NCBI GenBank assembly: GCA_964016885.1
Contig: OZ024744.1
Span: forward strand, 103,912,001 to 103,976,000
Direction of reading: 5' to 3'
DNA from: Eledone cirrhosa
Taxonomy: Eukaryota
DNA: 64,000 nt
The notes beneath the pieces were generated by a model. That model had not been told where the DNA came from. It saw nothing but the letters and a program-made list of their open reading frames with translations, and did no database searches. Below, piece after piece: positions 43,861 through 56,948 of this stretch. How positions within the stretch are numbered: the first letter of the stretch is position 1; every line of letters begins with the position of its first letter. Both the position numbers and the translations under genes were made by a program.

Positions 43861-44814
43861 TTACTAGCTAGAAATGTAAACAACACTGATTCGGTTTTAT
43901 AAAAAAAATTTGCCACAATGTAAATGAACAAATGGTCAGGTTGTTTTGGTCTATAATGTTGGCTTTTGAGAAAACAGATTTCCGTACAGCTTCGTAAACG
44001 AATTAGCGTGCTTTGTAATATGTGTATGTGTGTGTGTGCTTGAGCGTGGGTGCTTATGTGTGTGTGTGTGTGTGTGTGTGCATGCGTGGGTGCTTATGCG
44101 TGTGTGTGGATGCGTGCGAGTGTGGCGTGTAAAACGGATTTGTTGTAAGAAAATGTTGAGTTGAGAGACCGTATTAAATATATATATATGTAATTGAATA
44201 TTTGTAGCCACAGGGACTTAGTTGTGGTTTGGGTGAAGTTAATTTTCGGTTAGCACGTTAGAAAAGATGTCGTTCATGCCTTCTCAATTTAGATTTCGAC
44301 GGAAAGTGAACACAAAGAGAACAGAAAAAAATGACAGCATCTGTTGTATTCGTTAAAAATGTGACTAGAAACGGATTGGTTTGTTGAAATCACGAGGTAA
44401 AAACAAAACAGCGATTATAACGAGTTGAATCATCAAAAGTTATAAACTACAAGATATTCTGTGCTACAGAAATATAATTATAACGAGTTGAATAAATCCA
44501 AGTTTGTAAATTACAAGATGTCTGAGAGGAGATGAATGATATGAAATGTTAAGGTAGAATAAATTATGTGAGATATATAGATAACCGTGTAAAGAAATAA
44601 ATAGAGTGGGGGATAGCTAATGTTTATGTATATCGGTGACACATACCAAATCATTTAAAACATATATTTATATTTTGTGTTTGAAATCAAATTAGAAGGA
44701 ATATATAGTTCTGAAGAAAACACATAATTGTTGTTTTGTATTTAAAACCAAAACACAATTAAAAAAAAACTTTTATAGTAAGCTCGTGAATTTCAAAATA
44801 TAATAAAAACATAT

Positions 44815-45081
44815 TAGTGAAACCTCGGTTCACGAACAATTTTTCCGAACTTAAAACGTCTCGCTTGAATGGTGTCTCGAGTAACGAACAAGCAAACCAG
44901 TAACAATATGGTTGGCGACAAGTTTAGAGTATCAGTGGGAAAGTGTCACTTGCTATGTAGTTAGTTACTATGAATGCTGATATCTATCTGTCACTCTCTC
45001 TTTCAGTATATTTCTCAACATTTCGCAGGGTAGACGAATGCCTTCAGGACCGAATTAAGTTCTTGAACCGAGGCTCCACTG
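44815..45081. mobile_element. Tigger/pogo-type MITE
   Basis: TIRs (T)AGTGAAACCTCGGTTCACGAAC ... GTTCTTGAACCGAGGCTCCACTG. Confidence 0.75.
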
Positions 45082-45444
45082 TTTATTTTAATTTTAAAGA
45101 TAAAACGAACTAATTTGAGAAATGTATGAAATAACTGCAACAGTCTCTTTCGTCTAAGCTTCATTCTGACAAAGTTATCAATTGCTTTATTAAATTCTAC
45201 CAACGCAGACAACAACTGTCTTTCAATGAAGATCAAAACAGAGACAATCCTTGTCCATTATATAACGAAATGTTTCAACTGACTTAAAAAACCGTTCTAT
45301 AACTGTGGTAGTTATTGGTAAGGTTGGGGAACTGTGATGCAATATGGAGAGATTAGAATAAATGGAACACATGTCATTGGTGATCAGGAATTTTAAGTAC
45401 ATTATTCAAGGTCAATTTCTAAACACTTAAATTTACCTTGTGAT

Positions 45445-45820
45445 GACGCAGAGCTTAGTGGTTAAAGACTTGAATTCACAACCGTGAGGTTGTGAATTCA
45501 ACTCTTTAACCAATAAGCTCTACCTCACGGTTGTGAATTCGATTCCTGAATAAGGTGATGCGTTGTATTTTGGAGCAAGACACTTTATTTCACGTTGCTC
45601 CAGTTTACTCAGCTGTACAAATGAGTTGTGATGTCACTGATGCCAAGATGTATCAGCCATTGCCTCTCCCTTGGACAACATCGGTGGCAGGGAGAGGGGA
45701 GACTGGTATGTATGGGCGACTGCTGGTCTTCCACAAACAAACTTGCCCGGACTTGTGCTTCGAGGGGGAAACTTTCTAGGTACAAATCTCTTCGTCATCC
45801 GTGACTGAAGTGGATCTTTA
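45445..45820 (+). mobile_element. SINE family B (tRNA head + CORE-like GAGCAAGACACTT), with internal inverted duplication
   Basis: A-box-like GCTTAGTGG; shares GAGCAAGACACTTTATTTCACGTTGCTCC with 56693-56810 and 57745-57875. Confidence 0.75.
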
Positions 45821-46029
45821 CTCTATATTTACCTTACTGCTAGTGCTTATTATATATTTTTGTCTTTCAATGAAATAAATTTTTATACAATTTTAGTTTG
45901 AATGTCGATGATGTCTGATTTCTACACAGTATCTGCGTTGTCAAAATGTTTTCGATCTAAAAAAAATTAAATTTAGAAGCCACATTTTTAAAATATCGAA
46001 ATCTTGTTCAACCACTTATTCGAGGTTTG

Positions 46030-46600
46030 CCACAGCCGTACCCTGTCCACTGGCCTTCCTGTCATACAGGTCTTCGAGCAGGCTCCTCACTGCGGACAAG
46101 GTCATACCATTTTCAACCAACGTCAAACAGGGCGATCCACTGGGCCTCACCTTCTTTGCTCTCAGGGTAGACAGAATTGATTGAAGCTATTGCCTCCCCC
46201 TCCCAATGCTTGATATATGGACGATGCGACGATAAGCAGGCCCGCAGAGAGTGACTGTCATGAATTTTAATCAGTGGTTCTTGTTCTGGCGAGGATCGGC
46301 CTTGAAATCAACTCGTTCAAGTCAGAGGTCGTAAACGTCAATTACGACATCAATGGATTCGTGGCCTCCATTTCTGATATGGCAACAGGCCTCCTTACCC
46401 ATCAGATATGGCGACCTCGATCTCCGGTCTCAAGTCTCACTGGCTTTACTGACATTTCTTTCATCAGTTACCTTTTGCCATGTCCTCATAAACAGAGTTC
46501 TCCACAACACAACAGAGTCTACTCTGATCAGGGAACGGGAGGCGGCCTTCTTGACATAGCACCAGCTTGGCCTCCACCCTGCAACATCCTTCCTACCTAA
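46030..46600 (+). mobile_element. CRE-clade non-LTR retrotransposon RT fragment, degraded
   Basis: TNVKQGDPLGLTFFAL, YMDDATI, LARIGLEINSFKSEV, WQQASLPIRYGDLDLR..LALLTFLSS. Confidence 0.72.
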
Positions 46601-46699
46601 ACATATTTCAGGATCCTTTCCGCGACCAAGAAATTTAATTAAAGCATTTCTGCTAAAACCTCTGCTAGTTGCATATGAGTACAATTTTATTTAACCTCA

Positions 46700-47290
46700 C
46701 CACCCATAATTCTTTGTTAAACAACTACTGGCACTAATGAATTCTGCAAGAATGTCTTCACTAGTGATGTTCTAGAAGGTCATTTAGTATCCCAACATTT
46801 CTTTAGAGTCTGTGTAAAAGAAATGATCCAATTACGTTATTCTTCCTTTAGTACTGAAAGACGAAATAAACTGCTAGAAAAAAAAAGAAATATAGATACT
46901 TTTTAGAGTTTCTGAAAAACAACTTGTTTTGCAATCAATTAGAACCAAATTAAAGTTATATGCAGAACAGTGAGTAAAGAGTGTCATGGGAACAACTTCT
47001 CTAATCTTTCTTTAGAGACCAGATATTTCACCAGACACAGTTCCTACTCCATCATATGGCTGGTTGTTTACACATGGTTATTGACACCTCTGCATTTTTA
47101 AATGCTGTAAGAAGAATGTTAATGAAATCTTCAGCCGTTGCTCCAGGTAATTCGTTAAATCATATAAACCATTCCACCACTTCCCTGTTACATATCACAA
47201 GAATAAAGTCTGGCAATCTGTTTTTGAATCAATCCAGTTATTTGACAGATTTGCTAATAGCCAACAAGCAGAGTTCTTGCCCTTACTGAA
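46700..47290 (-). mobile_element. hAT (ZMYM1/Tip100-like) transposase fragment, degraded
   Basis: Minus-strand translation GATAEDFINILL..MCKQ..YDGVGTVSGEISGL.RKIREVVPMTLFTHCSAYNFNLV matches the hAT C.GQ.YDGA..MSG...HC.AH.LNL motif. Confidence 0.72.
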
Positions 47291-47636
47291 TAAACCAACC
47301 AATGTTTATTGATTTCCCACCACTTTAAAACTTGTTTCTTGTACTAAGTTGTAGTGAAATGATGTCCAAGCTAAACTTTTTAACAAAACTGTCAAGTCTG
47401 ACAAGGGCATAACTCTAATAGATCATGTATGGAGTTGTGTTTCAGGAGTTTCACAAAACAGGTGCTAATATCTGTTGTGTATTTCATGTGTGTATCAATG
47501 AATACAACAGGCCCGTTCCAGGATTTGGTCCTCAAAGGCAGGTGGGGTTTAAAATATTCAAGCTAGCGACTCTTCTACAACGAAGATATTTCAACAAGTT
47601 TTAAATAAAGTCTATTTTCTAAATCTGTGACTGTGC

Positions 47637-50600
47637 CATTGAAGGGAGGGGGAGAGTGTACTATTGAAGGGAAGGGGAAAGTGTACTATTGAAGGGAGGG
47701 GGAGAGTGTACTATTGAAGGGAGGGGGAGAGTGTACTATTGAAGGGAGGGGGACAGTGTACCATTGAAGGGAGGAGGACAGTGTACCATTGAAGGGAGTG
47801 GGACAGTGTACCATTGAAGGGAGGGGGACAGTGTACCATTGAAGGGAGGGGGAGAGTGTACTATTGAAGGGAGTGGGACAGTGTACTATTGAATGGCAGG
47901 GGGACAGTGTACCATTGAAGGGAGGGGGACAGTGTACCATTGAAGGGAGTGGGACAGTGTACCATTGAAGGGAGTGGGACAGTGTACCATTGAAGGGAGG
48001 GGGAGAGTGTACTATTGAAGGGAGGGGGAGAGTGTACTATTGAAGGGAGGGGGACAGTGTACCATTGAAGGGAGGGGGACAGTGTACCATTGAAGGGAGG
48101 GGGACAGTGTACCATTGAAGGGAGGGGGACAGTGTACCATTGAAGGGAGTGGGACAGTGTACCATTGAAGGGAGGAGGACAGTGTACCATTGAAGGGAGT
48201 GGGACAGTGTACCATTGAAGGGAGTGGGACAGTGTACCATTGAAGGGAGGGGGAGAGTGTACTATTGAAGGGAGGGGGACAGTGTACTATTGAAGGGAGG
48301 GGGAGAGTGTACCATTGAAGGGAGGGGGAGAGTGTACCATTGAAGGGAGTGGGACAGTGTACTATTGAAGGGAGGGGGACAGTGTACCATTGAAGGAAGA
48401 GGGACAGTGTACCATTGAAGGGAGTGGGACAGTGTACCATTGAAGGGAGGGGGACAGTGTACCATTGAAGGGAGAGGGAGGGTGTACTATTGAAGGGTGG
48501 GGGACTGCATACCATTGAAGGGAGAGGACAGTATACCGTTGAAGGGAGGGGGACAGTGTACTATTGAAGGGAGGGGGACAGTGTACCATTGAAGGGAGGG
48601 GGAGAGTGTACTATTGAAGGGAGGGGGACAGTGTACTATTGAAGGGAGAGGGACAGTGTACCATTGAAGGGAGGGGGAGAGTGTACTATTGAAGGGAGGG
48701 GGACAGTGTACTATTGAAGGGAGAGGGACAGTGTACCATTGAAGGGAGTGGGAGGGTGTACCATTGAAGGGAGTGGGACAGTATACCGTTGAAGGGAGGG
48801 GGACAGTGTACTATTGAAGGGAGGGGGACAGTGTACCATTGAAGGGAGGGGGAGAGTGTACTATTGAAGGGAGGGGGACAGTGTACTATTGAAGGGAGAG
48901 GGACAGTGTACCATTGAAGGGAGTGGGAGGGTGTACCATTGAAGGGAGTGGGACAGTGTACTATTGAAGGGAGGGGGACAGTGTACCATTGAAGGGAGGG
49001 GGAGGGTGTACCATTGAAGGGAGTGGCAGAGTGTACTATTGAAGGGAGGGGGAGAGTGTACCATTGAAGGGAGTGGGAGGGTGTACCATTGAAGGGAGTG
49101 GCAGAGTGTACTATTGAAGGGAGGGGGAGAGTGTACCATTGAAGGGAGTGGGAGGGTGTACCATTGAAGGGAGTGGCAGAGTGTACTATTGAAGGGAGTG
49201 GGACAGTGTACCATTGAAGGGAGGGGGAGGGTGTACCATTGAAGGGAGTGGCAGAGTGTACTATTGAAGGGTGGGGGACTGCATACCATTGAAGGGAGAG
49301 GACAGTATACCGTTGAAGGGAGGGGTACAGTACCATTAAAGTTAGGGGAACAGTGTACTTTTGAAGGGAGGGGGACTGTATACCATTGAAGGGAAGGGGA
49401 CAGTGTACCATTGAAGGGAGGGGGACAGTGTACTATTGAGGGAGGGGGACAGTAGCATTGAAGGGAGAGGCACCGTGTATCATTGAAGGGAGGGGGACAG
49501 TAGCATTGAAGGGAGTGGAACAGTGTACCATTGAAGGGAGGGGGACAGTGTACCATTGAAGGGAGGGGTACAGTACCATTGAAGGGAGGGGGACAGTGTA
49601 CCATTGAAGAGAGGGGAACAGTGTACCATTGAAAGGAGGGGGACAGTGTACCATTGAAGGGAGAGGGACGGGGTGTACTAATGAGGGGGGGGCAATGTAC
49701 TATTGAAAGGAGGGGAGGCGGTGTACTAATGAGGGGGCGGGCAATGTACTATTGCACGGAGGGGGGGGGGGCAGTGTACCATTGATGGACGGGGACAGTA
49801 TACCATTGAAGGGAGGGGCAGAGTGTATCATTGAAGGGAGGGGGACAGTCGCATTGAAGAGAGGAGAACAGTGTACCATTGAAGGGAGGGGGACAGTGTA
49901 CCATTGAAGGGAGGGGTACAGTACCATTGAAGGGAGGGGGACAGTGTACCATTGAAGAGAGGGGAACAGTGTACCATTGAAGAGAGGGGGACAGTGTACC
50001 ATTGAAGGGAGGGGGACAGTGTACCATTGAAGAGAGGGGAACAGTGTACCATTGAAGAGAGGGGGACAGTGTACCATTGAAGGGAGGGGGACAGTGTACC
50101 ATTGAAGGGAGAGGGACAGTGTACCATTGAAGGGAGAGGGACAGTGTACCATTGAAGGGAGGGGGACAGTGTACCATTGAAGGGAGGGGGACAGTGTACC
50201 ATTGAAGGGAGTGGGACAGTGTACCATTGAAGGGAGAGGGACAGTGTACCATTGAAGGGAGGGGGACAGTGTACCATTGAAGGGAGGGGGACAGTGTACC
50301 ATTGAAGGGAGAGGGACAGTGTACCATTGAAGGGAGGGGCAGAGTGTATCATTGAAGGGAGAGGACAGTATACCATTGAAGGGAGTGGGACAGTGTACCA
50401 TTGAAGGGAGAGGGACAGTGTACCATTGAAGGGAGGGGGACAGTGTACCATTGAAGGGAGAGGGACAGTGTACCATTGAAGGGAGTGGCAGAGTGTATCA
50501 TTGAAGGGAGAGGACAGTATACCATTGAAGGGAGTGGGACAGTGTACCATTGAAGGGAGAGGGACAGTGTACCATTGAAGGGAGGGTGACAGTGTACCAT

Positions 50601-52605
50601 TGAAGGGAGGGGGACAGTGTACCATTGAAGGGAGGGGGACAGTGTACCATTGAAGGGAGTGGGACAGTGTACCATTGAAGGGAGAGGGACAGTGTACCAT
50701 TGAAGGGAGGGTGACAGTGTACCATTGAAGGGAGGGGGACAGTGTACCATTGAAGGGAGGGGGACAGTGTACCATTGAAGGGAGAGGGACAGTGTACCAT
50801 TGAAGGGAGGGTGACAGTGTACCATTGAAGGGAGGGGGACAGTGTACCATTGAAGGGAGGGGGACAGTGTACCATTGAATTGAGAGGGACTGTATACCAT
50901 TGAAGGGAGGGGGAAGTGTACCATTGAAGGGAGGGGGACAGTGTACCATTGAAGGGAGAGGGACAGTGTACCATTGAAGGGAGGGTGACAGTGTACCATT
51001 GAAGGGAGGGGGACAGTGTACCATTGAAGGGAGGGGGACAGTGTACCATTGAATTGAGAGGGACTGTATACCATTGAAGGGAGGGGGAAGTGTACCATTG
51101 AAGGGAGGGGGAAGTGTACTATTGAAGGGAGGGGGAAGTGTACTATTGAAGGGAGGGGGACAGTGTACCATTGAAGGGAGGGGGAAGTGTACCATTGAAG
51201 GGAAGTGTACTATTGAAGGGAGGGGGACAGTGTACCATTGAAGGGAGAGGGACAGTGTACCATTGAAGGGAGGGGGACAGTGTACCATTGAAGGGAGGGG
51301 GACAGTGTACCATTGAAGGGAGAGGGACAGTGTACCATTGAAGGGAGGGGGACAGTGTACCATTGAATTGAGAGGGACTGTATACCATTGAAGGGAGGGG
51401 GAAGTGTACCATTGAAGGGAGGGGTACAGTGTACCATTGAAGGGAGAGGGAAGTGTACCATTGAAGGGAAGTGTACTATTGAAGGGAGGGGGACAGTGTA
51501 CCATTGAAGGGAGAGGGACAGTGTACCATTGAAGGGAGGGGGACAGTGTACCATTGAAGGGAGAGGGACAGTATACCATTGAATGGAGGGGGAAGTGTAC
51601 TATTGAAGGGAGGGGGACAGTGTACCATTAAAGGGAGGGGGACAGTGTACTATTGAAGGGAGGGGGACAGTGTACCATTGAAGGGAGAGGGACAGTATAC
51701 CATTGAAGGGAGGGGGAAGTGTACTATTGAAGGGAGGGGGACAGTGTACCATTGAAGGGAGAGGGACAGTATACCATTGAATGGAGGGGGACAGTGTACC
51801 ATTGAAGGGAGGGGGAAGTGTACTATTGAAGGGAGGGGGACAGTGTACCATTGAAGGGAGGGGGAAGTGTACTATTGAAGGGAGGGGGACAGTGTACTAT
51901 TGAAGGGAGGGGGACAGTGTACCATTGAAGGAAGGGGGAAGTGTACTATTGAAGGGAGGGGGACAGTGTACTATTGAAGGGAGGGGGACAGTGTACTATT
52001 GAAGGGAGGGGGACAGTGTACCATTGAAGGGAGGGGGACAGTGTACCATTGAAGGGAGGGGGAAGTGTACTATTGAAGGGAGGGGGACAGTGTACTATTG
52101 AAGGGAGGGGGACAGTGTACCATTGAAGGGAGGGGGACAGTGTACTATTGAAGGGAGGGGGACAGTGTACCATTGAATGGAGGGGGACAGTGTACCATTG
52201 AAGGGAGAGGGACAGTGTACCATTGAAGGGAGGAGGAAGTGTACTATTGAAGGGAGGGGGAAGTGTACTATTGAAGTGAGGGGGAAGTGTACTATTGAAG
52301 GGAGTGGGACAGTGTACTATTGAAGGCGTGGACAGTGTACCATTGAAGGGAGGGGAAGTGTACTATTGAAGGGAGTGGGACAGTGTACTATTGAAGGGAG
52401 GGGGACAGTGCACTATTGAAGGGAGGGGGACAGTGTACCATTGAAGGGGTGGATAGTGTACCATTGAAGGGGTGGACAGTGTACCATTGAAGGGGTGGAC
52501 AGTGTACCATTGAAGGGAGGGGGAAGTGTACTATTGAAGGGAGGAGTACAGTACCATTGAAGGGAGAGGGACAGTGTACCATTGAAGGGGTGGACAGTAT
52601 ACCAT
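47637..52605. repeat. G-rich minisatellite, 25-bp unit CCATTGAAGGGAGGGGGACAGTGTA, ~200 copies
   Basis: Period 25 with point variants; it explains all MVHCPPPFNGTLSPSLQWYT ORFs. Confidence 0.97.
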
Positions 52606-53229
52606 GAGATGACGATTCTTTCTTCATTTGTAACTTCTTTTACCTCCTTTCTGCTCCCCCCCATGTACTTTCTTTGTGTTATTCTTTATTATTATCACTA
52701 TCAGAATACCTACCCTTCGAGTGGTTTTACTCCTAGCATGTGTAGTGTGTATATTGATATTGTACACAAGTATATATACATGTAGATATGATGCATTAAA
52801 TAAAATCATATTTGACAATATACACAGAAATTGAACGAAGACTGTTACACTCTCTTTTGTAATCAGTAACGTAATCCATGATACATTAAAACAAGACTGC
52901 ATTAGGAGAAAATTAGTGCCAGAAAATTGTATGTTTATTTAAGTGATCGCCACCAGAAGTGTTGACATCATACACTCTCTCTTTTTCTATATATGGTAGT
53001 AGGAGTGGTGGCGGTGGCAACGATATACCGGAAGTGTAACTTTGAAAAGAAGTCAATTTTAAATTATTTATTTTTACGAAATTATTTATGTTTACGAAAT
53101 TTAGTAGATAAATTATGTAACATTCATTCATTATTAATTCAAACTAATCCAACTTATTTTACTAACGGGATAAAATAAAATAATCCGTACGCAGTCCCGC
53201 AGACCTTCCTTTATTATAGTTTAGATTTA

Positions 53230-53388
53230 GGGTTGGACGCCATGCTTTCTAGCATAGTTACGTCCCTTTGCAGTCTGAGTTCAAACCCGCCGAGGTTAAC
53301 TTTACCTTTCATCCTTACGGGGTTGATAAAAATAAAGTACCAGTAATGTACTGGGTAATTGCTGGCCTTGTGCCTAAAGTAGAAACAA
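53230..53388 (+). mobile_element. SINE family A, 5'-truncated, with 16-bp target-site duplication
   Basis: Core motif present; TTATAGTTTAGATTTA on both sides (53214-53229 and 53389-53404). Confidence 0.88.
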
Positions 53389-53544
53389 TTATAGTTTAGA
53401 TTTAAATTGGGACAATGATCCTTGGTTCAACCATAATTCTAAATTATCAACAAATACGTTGCGTAAATGCACACTCATTTCTTTTATAATTTATAATTTA
53501 GGCTTAATGCTGGGATGGACAATGTTAATTAAATCAACTCCAAT

Positions 53545-53622
53545 ATTTTACTGGGGCTTTATTTTATCGAGCCTAGAAAGATGAAAGGTAAAGTTGACCT
53601 CGGCAGGATTTGAACTCAGAAT
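53545..53622 (-). mobile_element. SINE family A fragment
   Basis: Reverse complement of the B-box plus core (TTTATTTTATCGA..GATGAAAGGTAAAGTTGACCTCGGCAGGATTTGAACTC). Confidence 0.7.
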
Positions 53623-53664
53623 GTCATAAAATATACCAATTCTGACTATCCACTATCCGTTCAT

Positions 53665-53809
53665 TTCTCTTACATTACATGAAATATTTAATTAGCTATA
53701 AATATTGTTGTTTAGAACCATTCATTAAAACCATTCTCTTACATTACATGAAATATTTAATTAGCTATAAATATTGTTGTTTAGAACCATTCATTAAAAC
53801 CATTCTCTG
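53665..53809. repeat. Perfect 69-bp tandem duplication
   Basis: TACATTACATG at 53671 and 53740, identical across the unit. Confidence 0.92.
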
Positions 53810-54090
53810 TTGTAGAAGCTAGCTGCACACTTGATGTCAATATGGTAAGAAAGATTCAAGAGAAGAAGAATATCTATGAACCATTGATGAGGAGTTTATA
53901 GATCCAGTATCCATGATACATGTTCAGCTTCATAACCATTATTATTGGAACTACAAATTATATACCAACCTGCCTTGACCTAATTAGGACTGAACTTGGA
54001 TTTATGGAGAAAGAACATGGTTCCTAACTTCATGATCTACAAATTGCCATGATATCTGAAACCTTCAAAATTTGTAAAACATTCTCATGA
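53810..54090 (+). mobile_element. Degraded RLE domain of an R4/Dong/NeSL-like non-LTR retrotransposon
   Basis: VEASCTLDVNMVRKIQEKKNIYEPL..IQYP.YMFSFITIIIGTTNYIP resembles the E.SCP.D.N...K..EK..KY..L...PIIIG..G.IP pattern. Confidence 0.5.
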
Positions 54091-54231
54091 TTGAAAGGAT
54101 GAAGGCTTACACAAGAAATGACAATTTCTTTTTCTTTACAACCTTGTCACCAGGATGTTGGCCAGTCAAAAATAAATTCAAAATTAAGAGAAAGTACATA
54201 CATATATTTATAAAATTATAAAACCAGAAGA

Positions 54232-54605
54232 ACATACATACATACATACATGATGGCTGTAAACTTGTATTCAAGCATTGCCATCACCCGATAAAATGAT
54301 AAAAAATGTGAGGCACAAATGTGGCTCTTTAAAGCAGCCAAAGACTTGCACCCTCTGGCGCACACATGGCAACTGTAGGCTCTTCTGGGACTTTCCATTG
54401 CTTTGTTCTGACTGTTCTCATATGTCTTTTGAGACCTTCCATGCTAGCACATTCCTTGCCACATTCCTTACACCTTTTTCAGATCATAATCTACATGAGA
54501 TCTACTGATATGACTTTGTTCATGTCTTATCAGATCAGCTTTACTCAGGCAGACTTGACCACAGTGCTGGCAAACCAGATGTTGCTCAACAGCAGGCAGT
54601 TCAGA
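54232..54605 (-). mobile_element. RTE LINE 3' fragment with C2H2 finger and (TATG)n tail
   Basis: ORF CHVCARGCKSLAALKSHI; terminal motif ATGGCAATGCTTGA...CAGCCATCAT matches 62226-62260. Confidence 0.78.
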
Positions 54606-55522
54606 ACATACATACATAGACAAACAGATTAGGAGTTACCAGTTTAGACTAGTAGGACCATTGTTCAGCTTAATACTCGATACTTAAGAAAGAAAAGAGT
54701 AGGTATTGTAATAAGTTACAATATTATATAAACATATTGTAACTTATTACAATACCTACTCTTTTTATATTATATAAACATATTAGGAGTTGGGGCCTGA
54801 TGGCTGAGCTCTTCAACAGCTAGTTCCAGACTCTGTTGAAACAACAACAGCTCAGCTGTTGGGCCCCGACTCTTTCTAATATAATCATACTCTACTATCC
54901 CAAGTATTGAGTACTCTGTTGAATAAAGGTATAACTAGTTTAAAACGGGTTATATATATATATCAACTAGAAGTAGATTGACACATATATATATAAAATA
55001 AACACATGAAACAATCTCAGGGAATAATTTGTAAAGTGTGTAAGCACACATAGCTAGGTAGGTAACTAATTAAAGTTTAACTAGAACTTCAAATATATAC
55101 CTTTTAAAATGATTAATCTCCTTTGTATATATTTCTTTAAATAAAAAATATATTTCACCAATCAACCAGTAAATCACAGCGGTCAAATCCTGGATGGTCA
55201 CCAAAGGAGAAGATCCAACCATCTGCGTTTATACATCAAATGCAAATCTGTGAATGACTATATATATATATATACAAAAATAATGAATCAAAACATCAAA
55301 TATGTTAGAATTTTCTGTTTCTCAATCAGCAAGCTCAATAGACTTTATCTAGAGCCATAATAAATCAAATGAAAAAGATATATGTATATATAGAAAGAGA
55401 AAGGATCATATATCGTAGAGGAAACACAGTGTATTGTATATATACCAAATACATATTCCATGGCTCTTTATCTCTCTATATATACATATATATTTTTCAT
55501 TTGGTTTTTTATATATATATAT

Positions 55523-55862
55523 GAGTGCCTGGTTGTTTCAGTTCCTTAACTCTGCCATCACCTTACTGAGATATCAGGTGATTCCCGTGAGGGTGCTTGG
55601 TTGTTTCAGCACCTTAACCCTGCCATCACCTTACTGAGTTATCAGGTAATTCCCGTGAGGGTGCTTGGTTGTTTCAGCACCTTAACCCTGCCATCACCTT
55701 ACTGAGGTATCAGGTAATTCCCGTGAGGGTGCTTGGTTGTTTCAGTGTCTTAGCCTCACCATCATCCAGCCTTACCGAGGTATCAGTTGATTCCCGTGAG
55801 AGTGCCTGGTTGTTTCAGTGCCTTTAACCTCGCCATCACTCGGCCTTACTGAGGTATCAGGT
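55523..55862. repeat. 68-bp tandem repeat, ~5 copies, plus a solo partial copy at ~56386-56428
   Basis: GAGGGTGCTTGGTTGTTTCAG at 55589, 55657 and 55725. Confidence 0.9.
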
Positions 55863-56692
55863 TGTAGCGATCTACATTCCGAGGGCTTATGGATACATTC
55901 TCCGTACGTTGTTTGGCTCAGTTCAGCCAACCGCTACCAGCGTAGGGAGATGTATCTTAACTTCTGCCCAGAGGAGAAAATTCCTGCTTCTTTTTGATAA
56001 ACTCTCTTTTTGCATCTAGATGCCGTGAAGGTAAACATCTCTTGATTTTGCTCCTCAAATATTCCAAAATGTAGCTACCAAACTTCACCGTGGCTGGGCT
56101 TCCAACTTCAGCCACCGGACTGCGTCTTCTTTTACAGCATATTAATTTGTCTATTCATTTCTCTTGGCATGCCAGCTAAACCTTTGTAACCGGTTTGTAA
56201 ATAAATTATATATTAAAAATATTATAATGTTGTATGATGTTATTTACCACAACATTGCTTTGGACTGCTTCAATGGTCACTTCTGTGATACAATACACAA
56301 ATACATACATTCTCAACACATACATCTATTAACATCTTCTCTCAATTACCATCTTGTAAAATGCTATTTCTAAAAGGTGATACCTGTGAGGGTGCTTGGT
56401 TGTCTCGGTTTCTTAGCCCCGCCATCACGCGCAGTAATGCTGCCAGTGTCTTGGCTTGCCTCAAAATATTCCGTTGACCCTTGTGAAGTCGTACTTGGTG
56501 GCGAATTGGTGGTAGTTTTTGATTTCGTTTTTTCACTTTGATCGTATATTTTGGTGTGTTATATTTGTGAGGTTCATAGTTGTGTTTATGTTATATACTT
56601 TCATTTTGAAAGAATTGTTAACAATTTGTAATGTTATTTATCAACTGTGAATAAAATATTATATATATGGTAAAATATTATATATATGGTGA

Positions 56693-56810
56693 AGGCGTGT
56701 GGCTGAGTGGTTAGAGAACTGGATTCGCAATCGTGAGGTTGTGAGTTCGATTCTTGGACCGGGCGATGCGTTATGTCCTTGAGCAAGACACTTTATTTCA
56801 CGTTGCTCCT
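56693..56810 (+). mobile_element. SINE family B 5' part (tRNA-derived head)
   Basis: TGGCTGAGTGGTTAG A-box, GTTCGATTC B-box, then GTCCTTGAGCAAGACACTT. Confidence 0.8.
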
Positions 56811-56948
56811 TCTACCTGGAGTTGCGACCGATAGATAGTATTAGCAATTGGAAAGACCAATGGAAACATTGTTTCCTCGGGCCGATTTGTCGAAAGTCGA
56901 TCGTTAGGAATATATATATATATAGTTATGTAATAAACAACATAAGGC

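Noticed and set aside
47686-52664. Proline-rich repeat proteins (MVHCPPPFNGTLSPSLQWYT...) on the minus strand
   Set aside because: The same peptide cycles through all three frames because the 25-bp unit is not a multiple of 3; variants introduce stops at random.
55523-55862. 68-bp tandem repeat as a ribozyme array (minus strand GTGATGG...GAAAC)
   Set aside because: The core deviates from CUGANGA, and no UH site or consistent stems were found.
55870-56130. Possible L1/Tx1 C-terminal remnant on the minus strand
   Set aside because: Only vague similarity and no diagnostic motif; cannot be supported without a database search.
56693-56765. tRNA gene
   Set aside because: It has A and B boxes but no proper acceptor stem and continues into a SINE core shared with two other copies.
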